Source: Acidobacteriota bacterium
GTDB lineage: Bacteria; Acidobacteriota; UBA6911; RPQK01; JAJDTT01
Assembly: GCA_965217775.1 (NCBI GenBank)
Contig: CBDCJH010000002.1
Span: 6,016,001 to 6,080,000 of the forward strand
DNA: 64,000 bases
Reading direction: 5' to 3'
The notes beneath the pieces are model-generated. The model searched no databases. It was not told where the DNA came from and saw only the letters and a program-made list of their open reading frames with translations. Within the stretch, counting starts at the first letter, position 1; the number at the start of each line of letters is the position of its first letter. The position numbers were made by a program, and so were the translations under genes. This document shows, piece after piece, positions 10,613 through 19,853 of the stretch.

Positions 10613-10740
10613 CTCAGGGCAAAAAAAGGTCCAATACTCCAGAGATTTTCTGTTCTCCCTTTCAATCTCCCGAGGACTCCGACCCGACCGGAGTCGTGAC
10701 CAGCGAGCCAGGGGTGCTCGGTAAACCCGGCGCCCTAGGC

Positions 10741-13205
10741 CTGCCCTATACCCACAAGTAATGCTGGACAAACAAGATTGCCTGTCGTAGTCTCCACGAC
10801 ATGGTAGTTCAGAACCAGATCAAGCGCACTTTGAGCCGAGAGTTGGATCGTTTACACGCCGTGATGAGGCGGGAGAAGTTCGCCCACCGGACGGCGCTGG
10901 CAGACCGGGTCTGCTCGGAGTTTGGATTTCACGATGCCCGAGGGCGGGCGCAACGCAGCGGCTGCCTGAAGGCGCTACGGGAGTTGGAGGCGCGCGGACG
11001 GATTCGTCTGCCGACGCCGCGACGGCGGGTGAAACATTGCGGGCCCCGAGGACTGGGCCGAGCGGTGCCGGAGGCGGTGGGAGTGCCCGCGACGGTGGAC
11101 GGCGTGCGGGAGCTGGAATTGATTCTGGTGGAGACGAGTCCGCTGCGAGCGCTCTGGAACGAGTTGATGGCGCGAGAGCATCCGCGGGGCGCGGGGCCGT
11201 TGGTGGGTGCTCAGTTACGCTATCTGGTGGGCTCGGCCCACGGTTGGCTGGGGGGCTTGGGCTTCGGGGCGGCGGCGTTGCGGTTGCGGGACCGGGACCG
11301 CTGGATCGGTTGGGATGAGGAACAACGCCGGGCGCACCTGCACCGGGTGGTGGGGTTGAGCCGGTTTCTGATCCGTCCGTCGGTGAGATGTCGTAATCTG
11401 GCCTCCCGGGTGCTGGGGGAGGCGTTGCGGCGGCTGGGTCCGGAGTTCCAAGCGCGCTACGGCTACCGGCCCTGGCTGGTGGAGACCTTCGTGGAGACGG
11501 ACCGCCACGATGGGGCCAGTTTGCGCGCCTCGAACTGGAGGGTTCTGGGGAAGACGCAAGGTCGAGGCCGGCAAGATCGGGCGCACCGGGCGGCGGAGAC
11601 GAGCAAGGCGATCTATGGGTATGAGTTGTGCCGGGATTGGCGGCGGCGGTTGGGGGTGGGACCGGCGCCGAGGCGGGGAGTGGAACCGATGTCGGAGGGC
11701 GAGGGACTGGAGGGAGAGGGCTGGGCTCAGCAGGAGTTGGGCGGGGCGCCGCTGGGAGACCGGCGCTTGAGTCGGCGATTGGTGGAGAGTGCGGAGCGTC
11801 AGGCGCAGGAGCCGGGGCGGGCGTTCACGGGAGTGGCGCGGGGCGATCCGGCGGCGGTCAAGGGATACTACCGGCTGATTGACCAGCCGGAAGCCTCGGC
11901 GGTGACGGTCGAGAACATCCTGGCCCCGCACCGGGAGCGGACGCGACAGCGGATGCAGGGGCAGCGGACGGTGCTGTGCATCCAGGACGGAAGCGATCTG
12001 AACTTCACGCGGCACGGCCAGTGTGAGGGACTGGGGGTGATCGGGCGCAACCAGACGGGAGCGACGGCGCGGGGACTGCATCTGCACGCGACGCTGGTGG
12101 TGAGTGAGACGGGGCTGCCGCTGGGGGTGTTGCGGGCAAAGATGGACGCGCCGAAGCCGGGACCGGCGGCCACGCAGAAAAAGAAGAAGACGTATCGCTG
12201 GATCGAGGGACTTCGGGACTGCGCCGAGGTGTCGCGGTCACTGGACGGAGTGCGGGTGGTCAGCGTGGTGGACCGGGCGGCGGATTTTTTCGCCCTGTTC
12301 GCCGAGCAACGAGCGACTCCGGAGGTGGAGTTGGTGGTGCGTGCGAAGCAGGATCGGGTGCTGAAGCGGAAGACCCGGGCGAAGACGGCCGGGAAAGGCG
12401 CGGATCCGGACCAGGAGCAGAAGCGGAAGCTGTTCGGGCGTCTGCGATCGGCGCCGGTGCGGGCCCAGATGCTGCTGGAGGTGAAGCGTCAGAGTGCGCG
12501 GATCAAGGCCAGCAAGCAGGCGGCCCGCCCGGCGCGGCCGGCGCGGGTGGCTCGTATGGAACTGCGCTACGAGACCCTGACGATTCCGGCGCCGCGCGGG
12601 AACCCGAGCGGCATCCCGTCGCTGAGACTGTCGGTGGTTCACGCGCGGGAGGTCGCGCCGCCGGCGAACGGGAAGCGCCTGGAATGGTTCCTGCTCACCA
12701 CTTTGCCCGTGACCGATGTCGAGACGGCGCAGCAACTGCTGAGATGGTACGCCCTGCGTTGGCGGGTGGAGGATTATTTCCGGGTGCTCAAGACCGGATG
12801 CCGGGTGCAACAGCTCCAGCACCAATCCGCCGAACGTCTGAAACGGGCCATCGCCATGCACGCCGTCATCGCTTGGCGGATCATGCTGATGACACTGCTG
12901 GGGCGAGAGGACCCGGACCTGCCGGCGCAGTTGCTGTTTTCCGATCTGGAAATCCGGGTCCTGGGGGCGTTTGCCGCGTCGCGAGGATTCCCAGCGCCGA
13001 AAGACTTGGGGGCGGCCGTGCTCGTGCTGGCCCGCCTGGGGGGATATCTGGCTCGTAAACACGACCCCCCACCCGGGCATCAACTGATGTGGCAAGGCTA
13101 CGTCACGCTCTACGGCATGTGTCTGGGCTTCGCTCTACGAGAAGACGGATGAATGAAATCAGACCCAGGCTGATGCGCCCGGCACGAGATGTGGGGAAAG
13201 GGCAG
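10741..13205 (+). mobile_element. Intact IS4-family (IS50/Tn5-like) insertion sequence
   Basis: Inverted ends CTGCCCTATACCCACA / TGTGGGGAAAGGGCAG; 8-bp direct repeat CCCTAGGC at 10733-10740 and 13206-13213. Confidence 0.93.
10801..13152 (+). CDS. IS4 transposase with N-terminal DUF4338 domain
   Basis: DDE motifs IQDGS, VVDRAAD, YALRWRVEDYFRVLK, LARLGG; N-terminal SRFLIRP..RNLAS..LVETFV..ASNW. Confidence 0.9.
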   Translation: MVVQNQIKRTLSRELDRLHAVMRREKFAHRTALADRVCSEFGFHDARGRAQRSGCLKALRELEARGRIRLPTPRRRVKHCGPRGLGRAVPEAVGVPATVDGVRELELILVETSPLRALWNELMAREHPRGAGPLVGAQLRYLVGSAHGWLGGLGFGAAALRLRDRDRWIGWDEEQRRAHLHRVVGLSRFLIRPSVRCRNLASRVLGEALRRLGPEFQARYGYRPWLVETFVETDRHDGASLRASNWRVLGKTQGRGRQDRAHRAAETSKAIYGYELCRDWRRRLGVGPAPRRGVEPMSEGEGLEGEGWAQQELGGAPLGDRRLSRRLVESAERQAQEPGRAFTGVARGDPAAVKGYYRLIDQPEASAVTVENILAPHRERTRQRMQGQRTVLCIQDGSDLNFTRHGQCEGLGVIGRNQTGATARGLHLHATLVVSETGLPLGVLRAKMDAPKPGPAATQKKKKTYRWIEGLRDCAEVSRSLDGVRVVSVVDRAADFFALFAEQRATPEVELVVRAKQDRVLKRKTRAKTAGKGADPDQEQKRKLFGRLRSAPVRAQMLLEVKRQSARIKASKQAARPARPARVARMELRYETLTIPAPRGNPSGIPSLRLSVVHAREVAPPANGKRLEWFLLTTLPVTDVETAQQLLRWYALRWRVEDYFRVLKTGCRVQQLQHQSAERLKRAIAMHAVIAWRIMLMTLLGREDPDLPAQLLFSDLEIRVLGAFAASRGFPAPKDLGAAVLVLARLGGYLARKHDPPPGHQLMWQGYVTLYGMCLGFALREDG

Positions 13206-13248
13206 CCCTAGGCTCGCGCCGAGTCGTAGCGGCGGACATCGCTAGGAG

Positions 13249-13983
13249 TCAGGACGCTGGAGTAGGTTCGTCTGACGTTCGGGATGCCCACCACCGCGTC
13301 AACAGGAAGGGAGACAAGACGACGAAGAACATTCCCAGAGCGACCAAGCCGATGATGGGGATGTACCAGGGCCATCCGGCGAAGAAGAAGGGGGATTCGG
13401 TGCCGGCAGGGGGCCGGCAGAGAAACATGTAGTTGGATCCCAAGAGGGAGTTGAGAACGCCGAGCACGACGGCGAGGACGTTGAGGGCAACGAACGCTCG
13501 GAAGAGCCCGCCCAGGGTCGGCCTCATTTTCAGGGCCAGGGTGGCGTACAGGACTCCCGCCACGATGCCCGAGTGGGCGATGAAGTACTGGAAGAAACGG
13601 TAGTCCGGGAATCCCGCTTCCAGGTCCCCCGGGGTGATGACGGCATTCGTGGAACCGGCCAGGCCCCAGAAATAGACGATCTCGTAAATCCTTTGTCGGC
13701 GGAAGATCAGGGCCGCGGCCGTCAACAGGATCGTAAGTCCGCAGACGTGAAGAGGCAGATGGTCCTGAACGAAGCGGCTCCAGCCGACGGCATTGAGCCG
13801 GTAGCCCCAATGGATCGATTCGTTGATCAGCAGGGTGGCGGCCAACAGATAAGCGCCGGTGTCGGCCACCCTCTTCGAGTCCGTCCTTCGCGCCGCCTCC
13901 GCCAGCAGAATCGGGACGGCTAATGTCAGACCCATCACGATGAGGTGAGGCGTCCCAAAGATCTGAAATTCCGGTGGTGGCAT
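13249..13983 (-). CDS. YwaF/TIGR02206-type integral membrane protein
   Basis: LPLHVC, NYMFL and PWYI motifs; multiple hydrophobic helices. Confidence 0.8.
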   Translation of the reverse strand: MPPPEFQIFGTPHLIVMGLTLAVPILLAEAARRTDSKRVADTGAYLLAATLLINESIHWGYRLNAVGWSRFVQDHLPLHVCGLTILLTAAALIFRRQRIYEIVYFWGLAGSTNAVITPGDLEAGFPDYRFFQYFIAHSGIVAGVLYATLALKMRPTLGGLFRAFVALNVLAVVLGVLNSLLGSNYMFLCRPPAGTESPFFFAGWPWYIPIIGLVALGMFFVVLSPFLLTRWWASRTSDEPTPAS

Positions 13984-14019
13984 GTGCCTCCAGTAGCGGT
14001 CCTGTGGGCCGCGCCGAGA

Positions 14020-15126
14020 TCAGGGACGTTGACGCCCGCAGACCGGCGGCGCCACGTATTCCAGGCCCAACAGCCGGAAGTAGTTCTGACCCAGGGCAAT
14101 GTTCCGAAACGCCTCGTCGTTCAGGTAACGGTTGATCCGGCTGGTGATCTCCAACTCCGTCTTATAGACATCGAAGTCCTTGTCCGCTGACGCCAGGAAG
14201 TCAGTCCCGGGGAGCACCCGCTCCGAGTTTCGGTTGAAGAACGAGACATACGCCGCCTGCTTCTCGGGTTTGGAGAAATAGTGGTCGTCGACCACGCGCC
14301 AGGAGATGTCCACCATCAACTTCGGGTAGCGGTCCAACAGCGTCTCCATGATCCGGATGTGCTGTCCCGGGTCCATGTTCGCCAGTTCCTTGGACAACCC
14401 CATGTGCAACCAGACGATCTTGTTGTCGGGATAGCGGCGCAGCACCTCCTGGATCAACGGCAGGTATCGGGTCGGCTCCCGGTCGTTCCCCAGATCCGCG
14501 TGAATCGCCAGCGGGATGCCCCGTTTCCGCAGCACCGACATGAAGGCGGCCCACTCCGGGATCTTGGCCAGCGGAACCGGTTGATGTCCGTTATTGAACA
14601 GCGCCTGTTTCACCAGATTGACTTCTCCCATCCAGGTGAAGGCGCCGGGGTATTCCTGCTCCAGGATCTGCATGCCGGGAAGGATCGATTCGGGCCGGGA
14701 CAGGTCCGGAAAGGTCATGGCCAGCGTCATGTGCACGCCGTCCGGCGCCTGCCGGATGTAGTCGGCGGCATTGGCAAGGTCGTTCGTCAAAGAGGGCCGG
14801 ACCGGCGTGCCCGGACAATCCAGGTAGTAGGTGCATGAAGACCCCACGGGAACCCTCTGGCCGATGCCGCTTACGTTGACGAAGAGAACTCCCGTCCGTT
14901 GGAGGTAGGAGACCACATCACGGAACGGAATTTCCGGTCCACCGAAGGGACGGAAATGCAGGTGGGTATCCACGACAGAGGTCTGCGATTGCGTCGTGCG
15001 ATCGTAGCACGGGGCGTCGCCGGTCCGGAACATTTCCAGCGTCGGGCTGGGAGTCTCACCGGCGTATCCTGATACACCCGACGAGAGAACCAGGAAAAGG
15101 CATGTCGTCCGTGCCACGTCTTTCAT
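14020..15126 (-). CDS. Secreted amidohydrolase-family protein
   Basis: Signal peptide; DTHLH, GEVN, IHAD, WLHMG, GTD. Confidence 0.8.
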   Translation of the reverse strand: MKDVARTTCLFLVLSSGVSGYAGETPSPTLEMFRTGDAPCYDRTTQSQTSVVDTHLHFRPFGGPEIPFRDVVSYLQRTGVLFVNVSGIGQRVPVGSSCTYYLDCPGTPVRPSLTNDLANAADYIRQAPDGVHMTLAMTFPDLSRPESILPGMQILEQEYPGAFTWMGEVNLVKQALFNNGHQPVPLAKIPEWAAFMSVLRKRGIPLAIHADLGNDREPTRYLPLIQEVLRRYPDNKIVWLHMGLSKELANMDPGQHIRIMETLLDRYPKLMVDISWRVVDDHYFSKPEKQAAYVSFFNRNSERVLPGTDFLASADKDFDVYKTELEITSRINRYLNDEAFRNIALGQNYFRLLGLEYVAPPVCGRQRP

Positions 15127-15348
15127 TACGAGGTCTCGGGAGGCTGACTTCGGCGCCGATTTCAGCAGACTCGGCCAAGTTTGAGAACCCTTGGATCCGC
15201 TGCCGACTTTGGCCGCTCGGCCAAAGCCGAGATGCGACTATGGAAGGGGGCAAAATGAAAGTACTAGTTTCAGTTTGTCCATTTTTCGCACCCGTTGGAC
15301 ACCGTGATCCAGCATATGCCGGGACAACCGTCGAGCAGCCGTGCGCCG

Positions 15349-16518
15349 CTACAGCTTCTCCACCAGACGAGCCAGCAAGGCCGCGCGGGCGGGCAGGGCC
15401 TCCAATTCGATGTGCTCGTGCAGGGCGTGGGCCCCGTCTCCGTCCACGCCCAGGCCGTCCAGCGTGGGGACGCCCAGTGCAGCGCTGTAACTGCCGTCGC
15501 TTCCCCCTCCGGTCTCTCCCTCTTCCAGGTCGAGACCCAACTCCGCCCCGATCTCGCGCGCTCGGTCGAAGAGTTGCTGTCCGCCCTCGCCCTTGATCAT
15601 GGGAGGCCGGTTGATCCCTCCCGTAACCTCCAGCCGGATCTCCGGGTGCCTCGGCTTCAGGGCGTGCAGCGCATCCTCGACCCGGTGACCCTCCTCCACG
15701 GTCCGGAACCGAAAATCGATGGTGGCTTTGGCGAACTCGGGAATCACGTTGTCCCGGGTGCCGCCCTCCGCCATGGTCACATGGACCGAGGTCTCCAGAC
15801 GGCTGGAGGCGAGTCCGTGAATCGCCTCGATCTGGTGACCCAACTCCCGGACGGCGTTCACTCCCCGCTCCGGCTCCACTCCGGCGTGGGCGGCGCGGCC
15901 ATGGATCCTCAAAGCCGCCATCCCGCACCCCTTGCGAAAAGTCTTGAGGATCCCTCCGTGCAGGGGAGGCTCCGTCACCAGCACCAGATCGCTCTCGCGA
16001 CTGAATGCCTCGATGAGCTCCCGGCTGGCGTCGCTTCCCGTCTCTTCGTCTGTGGTGTAAAGGAATCTCACCTTTCGGTCGGGTCGAATCCACCCGCGAG
16101 AGATGAACTCCTGGATCTTCAGGGTGGCGGCCACTCCGGCCTTCATGTCGAAGATCCCGGGACCATGGATCCTCCCCTCTTCGATCCGGAAGGGCATCCG
16201 CTCCAGGCTCCCCTGAGGCCAGACCGTATCCACGTGGCAGAGCACCAGGATCCGGCCACCGCCGCCCTCTCCCCATTCGGTCCAGACGATATCGCCCACG
16301 TCTGCTCTGGGAATGATCCGCGGCTCCAGACCGCAGCCCCGAACCTGGCCGGCGAGGAAGGACACCAGCTCGTCCACCAGCCCCTTGTCGGTGGAGGGAC
16401 TCTCCAACTCCACCAGCTTCCGGAGCAGCTCCACCGTGGAGTCCCGTTCCTCTTCGAAGGCTCTCAGCAGCTCATTCCCCGTCATCTTCCCTCCAGTCGT
16501 AGTGGATGTCTCCGACAA
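15349..16518 (-). CDS. M20 metallopeptidase (glutamate carboxypeptidase-like)
   Basis: HVDTV, DMKAG, DEETG, GGSDG, GAHA. Confidence 0.92.
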   Translation of the reverse strand: MSETSTTTGGKMTGNELLRAFEEERDSTVELLRKLVELESPSTDKGLVDELVSFLAGQVRGCGLEPRIIPRADVGDIVWTEWGEGGGGRILVLCHVDTVWPQGSLERMPFRIEEGRIHGPGIFDMKAGVAATLKIQEFISRGWIRPDRKVRFLYTTDEETGSDASRELIEAFSRESDLVLVTEPPLHGGILKTFRKGCGMAALRIHGRAAHAGVEPERGVNAVRELGHQIEAIHGLASSRLETSVHVTMAEGGTRDNVIPEFAKATIDFRFRTVEEGHRVEDALHALKPRHPEIRLEVTGGINRPPMIKGEGGQQLFDRAREIGAELGLDLEEGETGGGSDGSYSAALGVPTLDGLGVDGDGAHALHEHIELEALPARAALLARLVEKL

Positions 16519-17332
16519 ATTCGACCCGCCCCGTCAAACGAACCTCTTCTCCCGGTTGCCACGCTACCTCCTGCTCCCCGGTCTCGGTTCCGACGCGAGT
16601 CGGGGATCCGACTCTTTCGGTGTGGATGGCGGCGACCGCGGCTCCACTGCAACCGGTACCGGACGAATGAGTCGGTCCGACGCCTCTCTCCCAGATCCGC
16701 ACGTCGAGGCGCTGCGGCCCCGTCACCCGGACGAAGCTCACGTTGGTCCGCTCGGGAAAGGCGGGATGCACCTCGAGAGCCGACCCCAGGCGCCGGAATT
16801 CGGCGCCCCGCGGCAGAGTGGAGACGAAGACCACGCACTGGGGATTGCCCACCGACAGGGCCGTAACGGGCACCGGGGCGGATCCCACCTGCAGCGAGTG
16901 GTCCACGACCTGGGACAATTTCTCTTCCAGGCGGATCGGAATCTCCTCAGGAATGAAGGAAGGCCGCCCCAATGAGGAACGGTAGCGCCAAGAGGATTCG
17001 TCGTTGCCCAGGAGGCGATGCACCTTGACGCCGGAGAGGGTCTCGAGAATCAGGTCCGGATTCCGGGACCAGCCCCGGTGATGGACGAAGGCGCCGGCGC
17101 ACCGGCATCCATTCCCTGACATGGCGGCCTCGCTGCCGTCGGGGTTGAAGATGCGGATTCGGAAGCGGTCCTTTCCTAGCGGATCGACGAAGACGCACCC
17201 GTCGCCGCCGATCCCGAAGTGACGCCGGCAGATGTCCCGGGTCAACGTGTCCGCTCTCCGGCGGGTCAGATCGCTTTCCCGGATCACCAGGTAGTCGTTG
17301 CCGTAGGACTGGTACTTGGAGGCCGCGATCAT
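16472..17332 (-). CDS. dapF: Diaminopimelate epimerase (Ser at both catalytic-Cys-like positions)
   Basis: GNDY, FGIGGDG, NPDGSEAAMSGNG, GNPQ, ERGVG..SSGTG; start reassigned to ATG at 17332. Confidence 0.88.
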   Translation of the reverse strand: MIAASKYQSYGNDYLVIRESDLTRRRADTLTRDICRRHFGIGGDGCVFVDPLGKDRFRIRIFNPDGSEAAMSGNGCRCAGAFVHHRGWSRNPDLILETLSGVKVHRLLGNDESSWRYRSSLGRPSFIPEEIPIRLEEKLSQVVDHSLQVGSAPVPVTALSVGNPQCVVFVSTLPRGAEFRRLGSALEVHPAFPERTNVSFVRVTGPQRLDVRIWERGVGPTHSSGTGCSGAAVAAIHTERVGSPTRVGTETGEQEVAWQPGEEVRLTGRVEFVGDIHYDWREDDGE

Positions 17333-17348
17333 GGAGGCGTTCGCCGCC

Positions 17349-18716
17349 TCAGCTCGCGTGGATCCCACTGCTGAGTTCCTCCAACTTTCCCCGGACCAGA
17401 TTCTGGATCTCCTCCAGCCTTTCCGGGGAGTCCGCCTCGAAACGGAGCACCAGAACGGGTTGGGTATTGGAGGCGCGCACCAATCCCCAGCCGTCCGGAA
17501 ACACGATTCGCACGCCGTCCACGTCCACCGTCTCGTAGTTTCGGGAAAAGTAGGACTGGGCCCGACCGACGATTCGGAACTTGAGGTCCTCGGGGCAGTC
17601 CATCCGGATCTCGGGGGTGCTGAAAGTCGGAGGGACGTCTGCCAGCAACTGCGAAAGCCGACGCCCGCTCGTCGCGAGGATCTCCAACAGCCTGGCGCCC
17701 GCGTAGATGGCGTCATCGTAGCCGAAGTAGCGGTCGGCGAAGAACATGTGTCCGCTCATCTCCCCGCCCAGGACGGCCCCTACCTCCTTCATTTTGGCCT
17801 TGATGAGGGAGTGGCCGGCCTTCCACATGACGGCCCTTCCGCCGCGAGCCTCGATGTCCTGGTACAGGCTCTTGGAGCACTTCACCTCGGCCACGAAGGT
17901 GGTGCCGGGCCGCCGTTCCAGGATCTCCCGGGCGTAGATCATCATCAGTTGATCTCCCCAGAGAACCCCCCCCTCGTCGTCCACGACCCCGATCCGGTCC
18001 GTGTCGCCGTCGAATGCGATCCCCAGATCGGCCTCACTGGAGTGGACGGCCTGCATCAGATCCTGCAGGTTCTCCACGATGGTGGGGTCGGGGTGGTGGT
18101 TGGGGAATCGGCCGTCCGGTTCCGAGTAGAGCTCCCGGACCTCACAACCCAGATCGGAATAGATGGCGGGCGCCACGAGACCGGCGGTCCCGTTGCCCGA
18201 GTCGACGACGACCTTCAATCGTTTCCCCAAGGGTGGAATCCGCTCCTGGATGTGCCGACGGTAATCTTCCATCAGGGACGCCGTTTCCATACTGCCTTCG
18301 CCGCCAGCGAAGTCGGCCGCTTCGATGATCTTCCGGACCTTCCGGATCTCGTCGCCGTAGATGGTGGCGGTCCCCAGGGCGACCTTGAAGCCGTTGTACT
18401 CGGGTGGATTGTGACTTCCCGTGATCATCACTCCCGCCTCCGGCCCCAACCGGTGCAGGGAATAGTAGAGCAGGGGGGTGGGACAGACTCCGATGTCGAT
18501 GACGGTCAGGCCGGTTCGGGTCAATCCCCGGGCCAGAGCGTCCCGAAGCCGGGTGGAGCTCAGCCGGACATCTCTTCCCAACGTGACCCGGGCGGCGCCG
18601 TGCCGGACGAAGTAGGTGCCGAGACCTCGGCCCAGCATTTCCACCGAATCGTCGGCCAGATCGGTATCCGCGATTCCCCGAATGTCGTATTCTCGAAACA
18701 ACTCTGGATTCATCAA
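17349..18716 (-). CDS. Phosphomannomutase/phosphoglucomutase
   Basis: FREYDIRG, TGSHNP, DGDTDR, GEMSGH, RASNT. Confidence 0.95.
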   Translation of the reverse strand: MMNPELFREYDIRGIADTDLADDSVEMLGRGLGTYFVRHGAARVTLGRDVRLSSTRLRDALARGLTRTGLTVIDIGVCPTPLLYYSLHRLGPEAGVMITGSHNPPEYNGFKVALGTATIYGDEIRKVRKIIEAADFAGGEGSMETASLMEDYRRHIQERIPPLGKRLKVVVDSGNGTAGLVAPAIYSDLGCEVRELYSEPDGRFPNHHPDPTIVENLQDLMQAVHSSEADLGIAFDGDTDRIGVVDDEGGVLWGDQLMMIYAREILERRPGTTFVAEVKCSKSLYQDIEARGGRAVMWKAGHSLIKAKMKEVGAVLGGEMSGHMFFADRYFGYDDAIYAGARLLEILATSGRRLSQLLADVPPTFSTPEIRMDCPEDLKFRIVGRAQSYFSRNYETVDVDGVRIVFPDGWGLVRASNTQPVLVLRFEADSPERLEEIQNLVRGKLEELSSGIHAS

Positions 18717-18730
18717 GTCTCCAGTATCTG

Positions 18731-19810
18731 CTAACTTGTTTCCGGGGTTCCCGACAGCTCGGTCTTGAGCTCGTCGATGGCCGCCACGGGGCTGGGGTCC
18801 TCACCGTTGAGGAGCCCGAGGTACACGCTGGCGTAGTCACCCAACAGAAGCAGCATCAACAATCGCTCCAGCCAGCTTCCGCCTTCGGTCCAGTACTCCA
18901 GCGTGGTCCCGGAATGCCGGGAGAGGAACCTCCGGGTCCAATCCAATCGGAGTTGGATTCTGGGATGGTCCTCCGGATCCCTCAGAAAAACCGGAAGTAT
19001 ACGCTCCAACAGATCTGCGGGATGTTTCCATCCCACGACCTCATTGTGATTCATTTCAGGAAGGGCCCTCCAGCAGGAGAGCTGCTTTCCATTTTCCGCG
19101 AACTGGCCGCACCACCGGCGGGCCACCAGTTCCAACCGGTCCTGGCTCCCATAGACGAAGGGGATTCTGCCGTGGAGAACTCGGGCCGCCTGCTTGGCCG
19201 GGTTGGTGGAGGTCGCCTGCTCGGGACCGTAGGCCCGGATCCTGTCCCGGACCCAATCCGGAGATTGCGCCAGCTCCCGGTCGCGACTCGGAATCAGAGA
19301 CAGGCGGCTCAGGATCGCAAGACAGGGAAACGAAAGAAAGCCCAGAGCCGATCGGGGAGGCTGGCCGCCGGGAATCCGGGCCCACGGGTGTCCATGCTCC
19401 CGGGCCAGGCGAGCCAGGGTGCCGCCCGAAGAGATACAGACGATGGGGGCTCCCGCGGCATGAGCGGCCTGGAAGGCCGACACCGTCTCTTCCGTATTGC
19501 CGGAGTAGCTGCAAAGCAGCGAGAGCGTATCGGGGCCCACGAATCCCGGCGCATCGTAGTTGCGGTTCACCCATAGCGGAACCGTCAATTCCCGGCCCAG
19601 GTACGACTGCAGGAAGTCGCCGGAGGCCGCCGAACCTCCCATCCCGCTGACCGTCACCGCTCCAACGCCGGCGGGAAGGGCCGGCAAATCGACCTGGTTG
19701 CCGATCTCAAGAGCCTGCTCCACCTGGCGGTCGAACCGGCCCAGGTAGCCGAGCATGTCCTGAGCATCCCGGCGCCGGATCTCACGCGAGTCGTCTAGAA
19801 TCTGGTTCAT
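18731..19810 (-). CDS. Bifunctional phosphoglucose/phosphomannose isomerase
   Basis: GMGGS, SYSGNTEET, ENGK, PEMNHNE. Confidence 0.9.
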   Translation of the reverse strand: MNQILDDSREIRRRDAQDMLGYLGRFDRQVEQALEIGNQVDLPALPAGVGAVTVSGMGGSAASGDFLQSYLGRELTVPLWVNRNYDAPGFVGPDTLSLLCSYSGNTEETVSAFQAAHAAGAPIVCISSGGTLARLAREHGHPWARIPGGQPPRSALGFLSFPCLAILSRLSLIPSRDRELAQSPDWVRDRIRAYGPEQATSTNPAKQAARVLHGRIPFVYGSQDRLELVARRWCGQFAENGKQLSCWRALPEMNHNEVVGWKHPADLLERILPVFLRDPEDHPRIQLRLDWTRRFLSRHSGTTLEYWTEGGSWLERLLMLLLLGDYASVYLGLLNGEDPSPVAAIDELKTELSGTPETS

Positions 19811-19853
19811 CCCGGCCGGTCTCCCTGCGAAAGAGCCCCCTGTCTCAGGGCTG

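Noticed and set aside
10801-11700. Druantia defence system
   Set aside because: DUF4338 is fused to a transposase inside IS ends; no DruE-like helicase nearby
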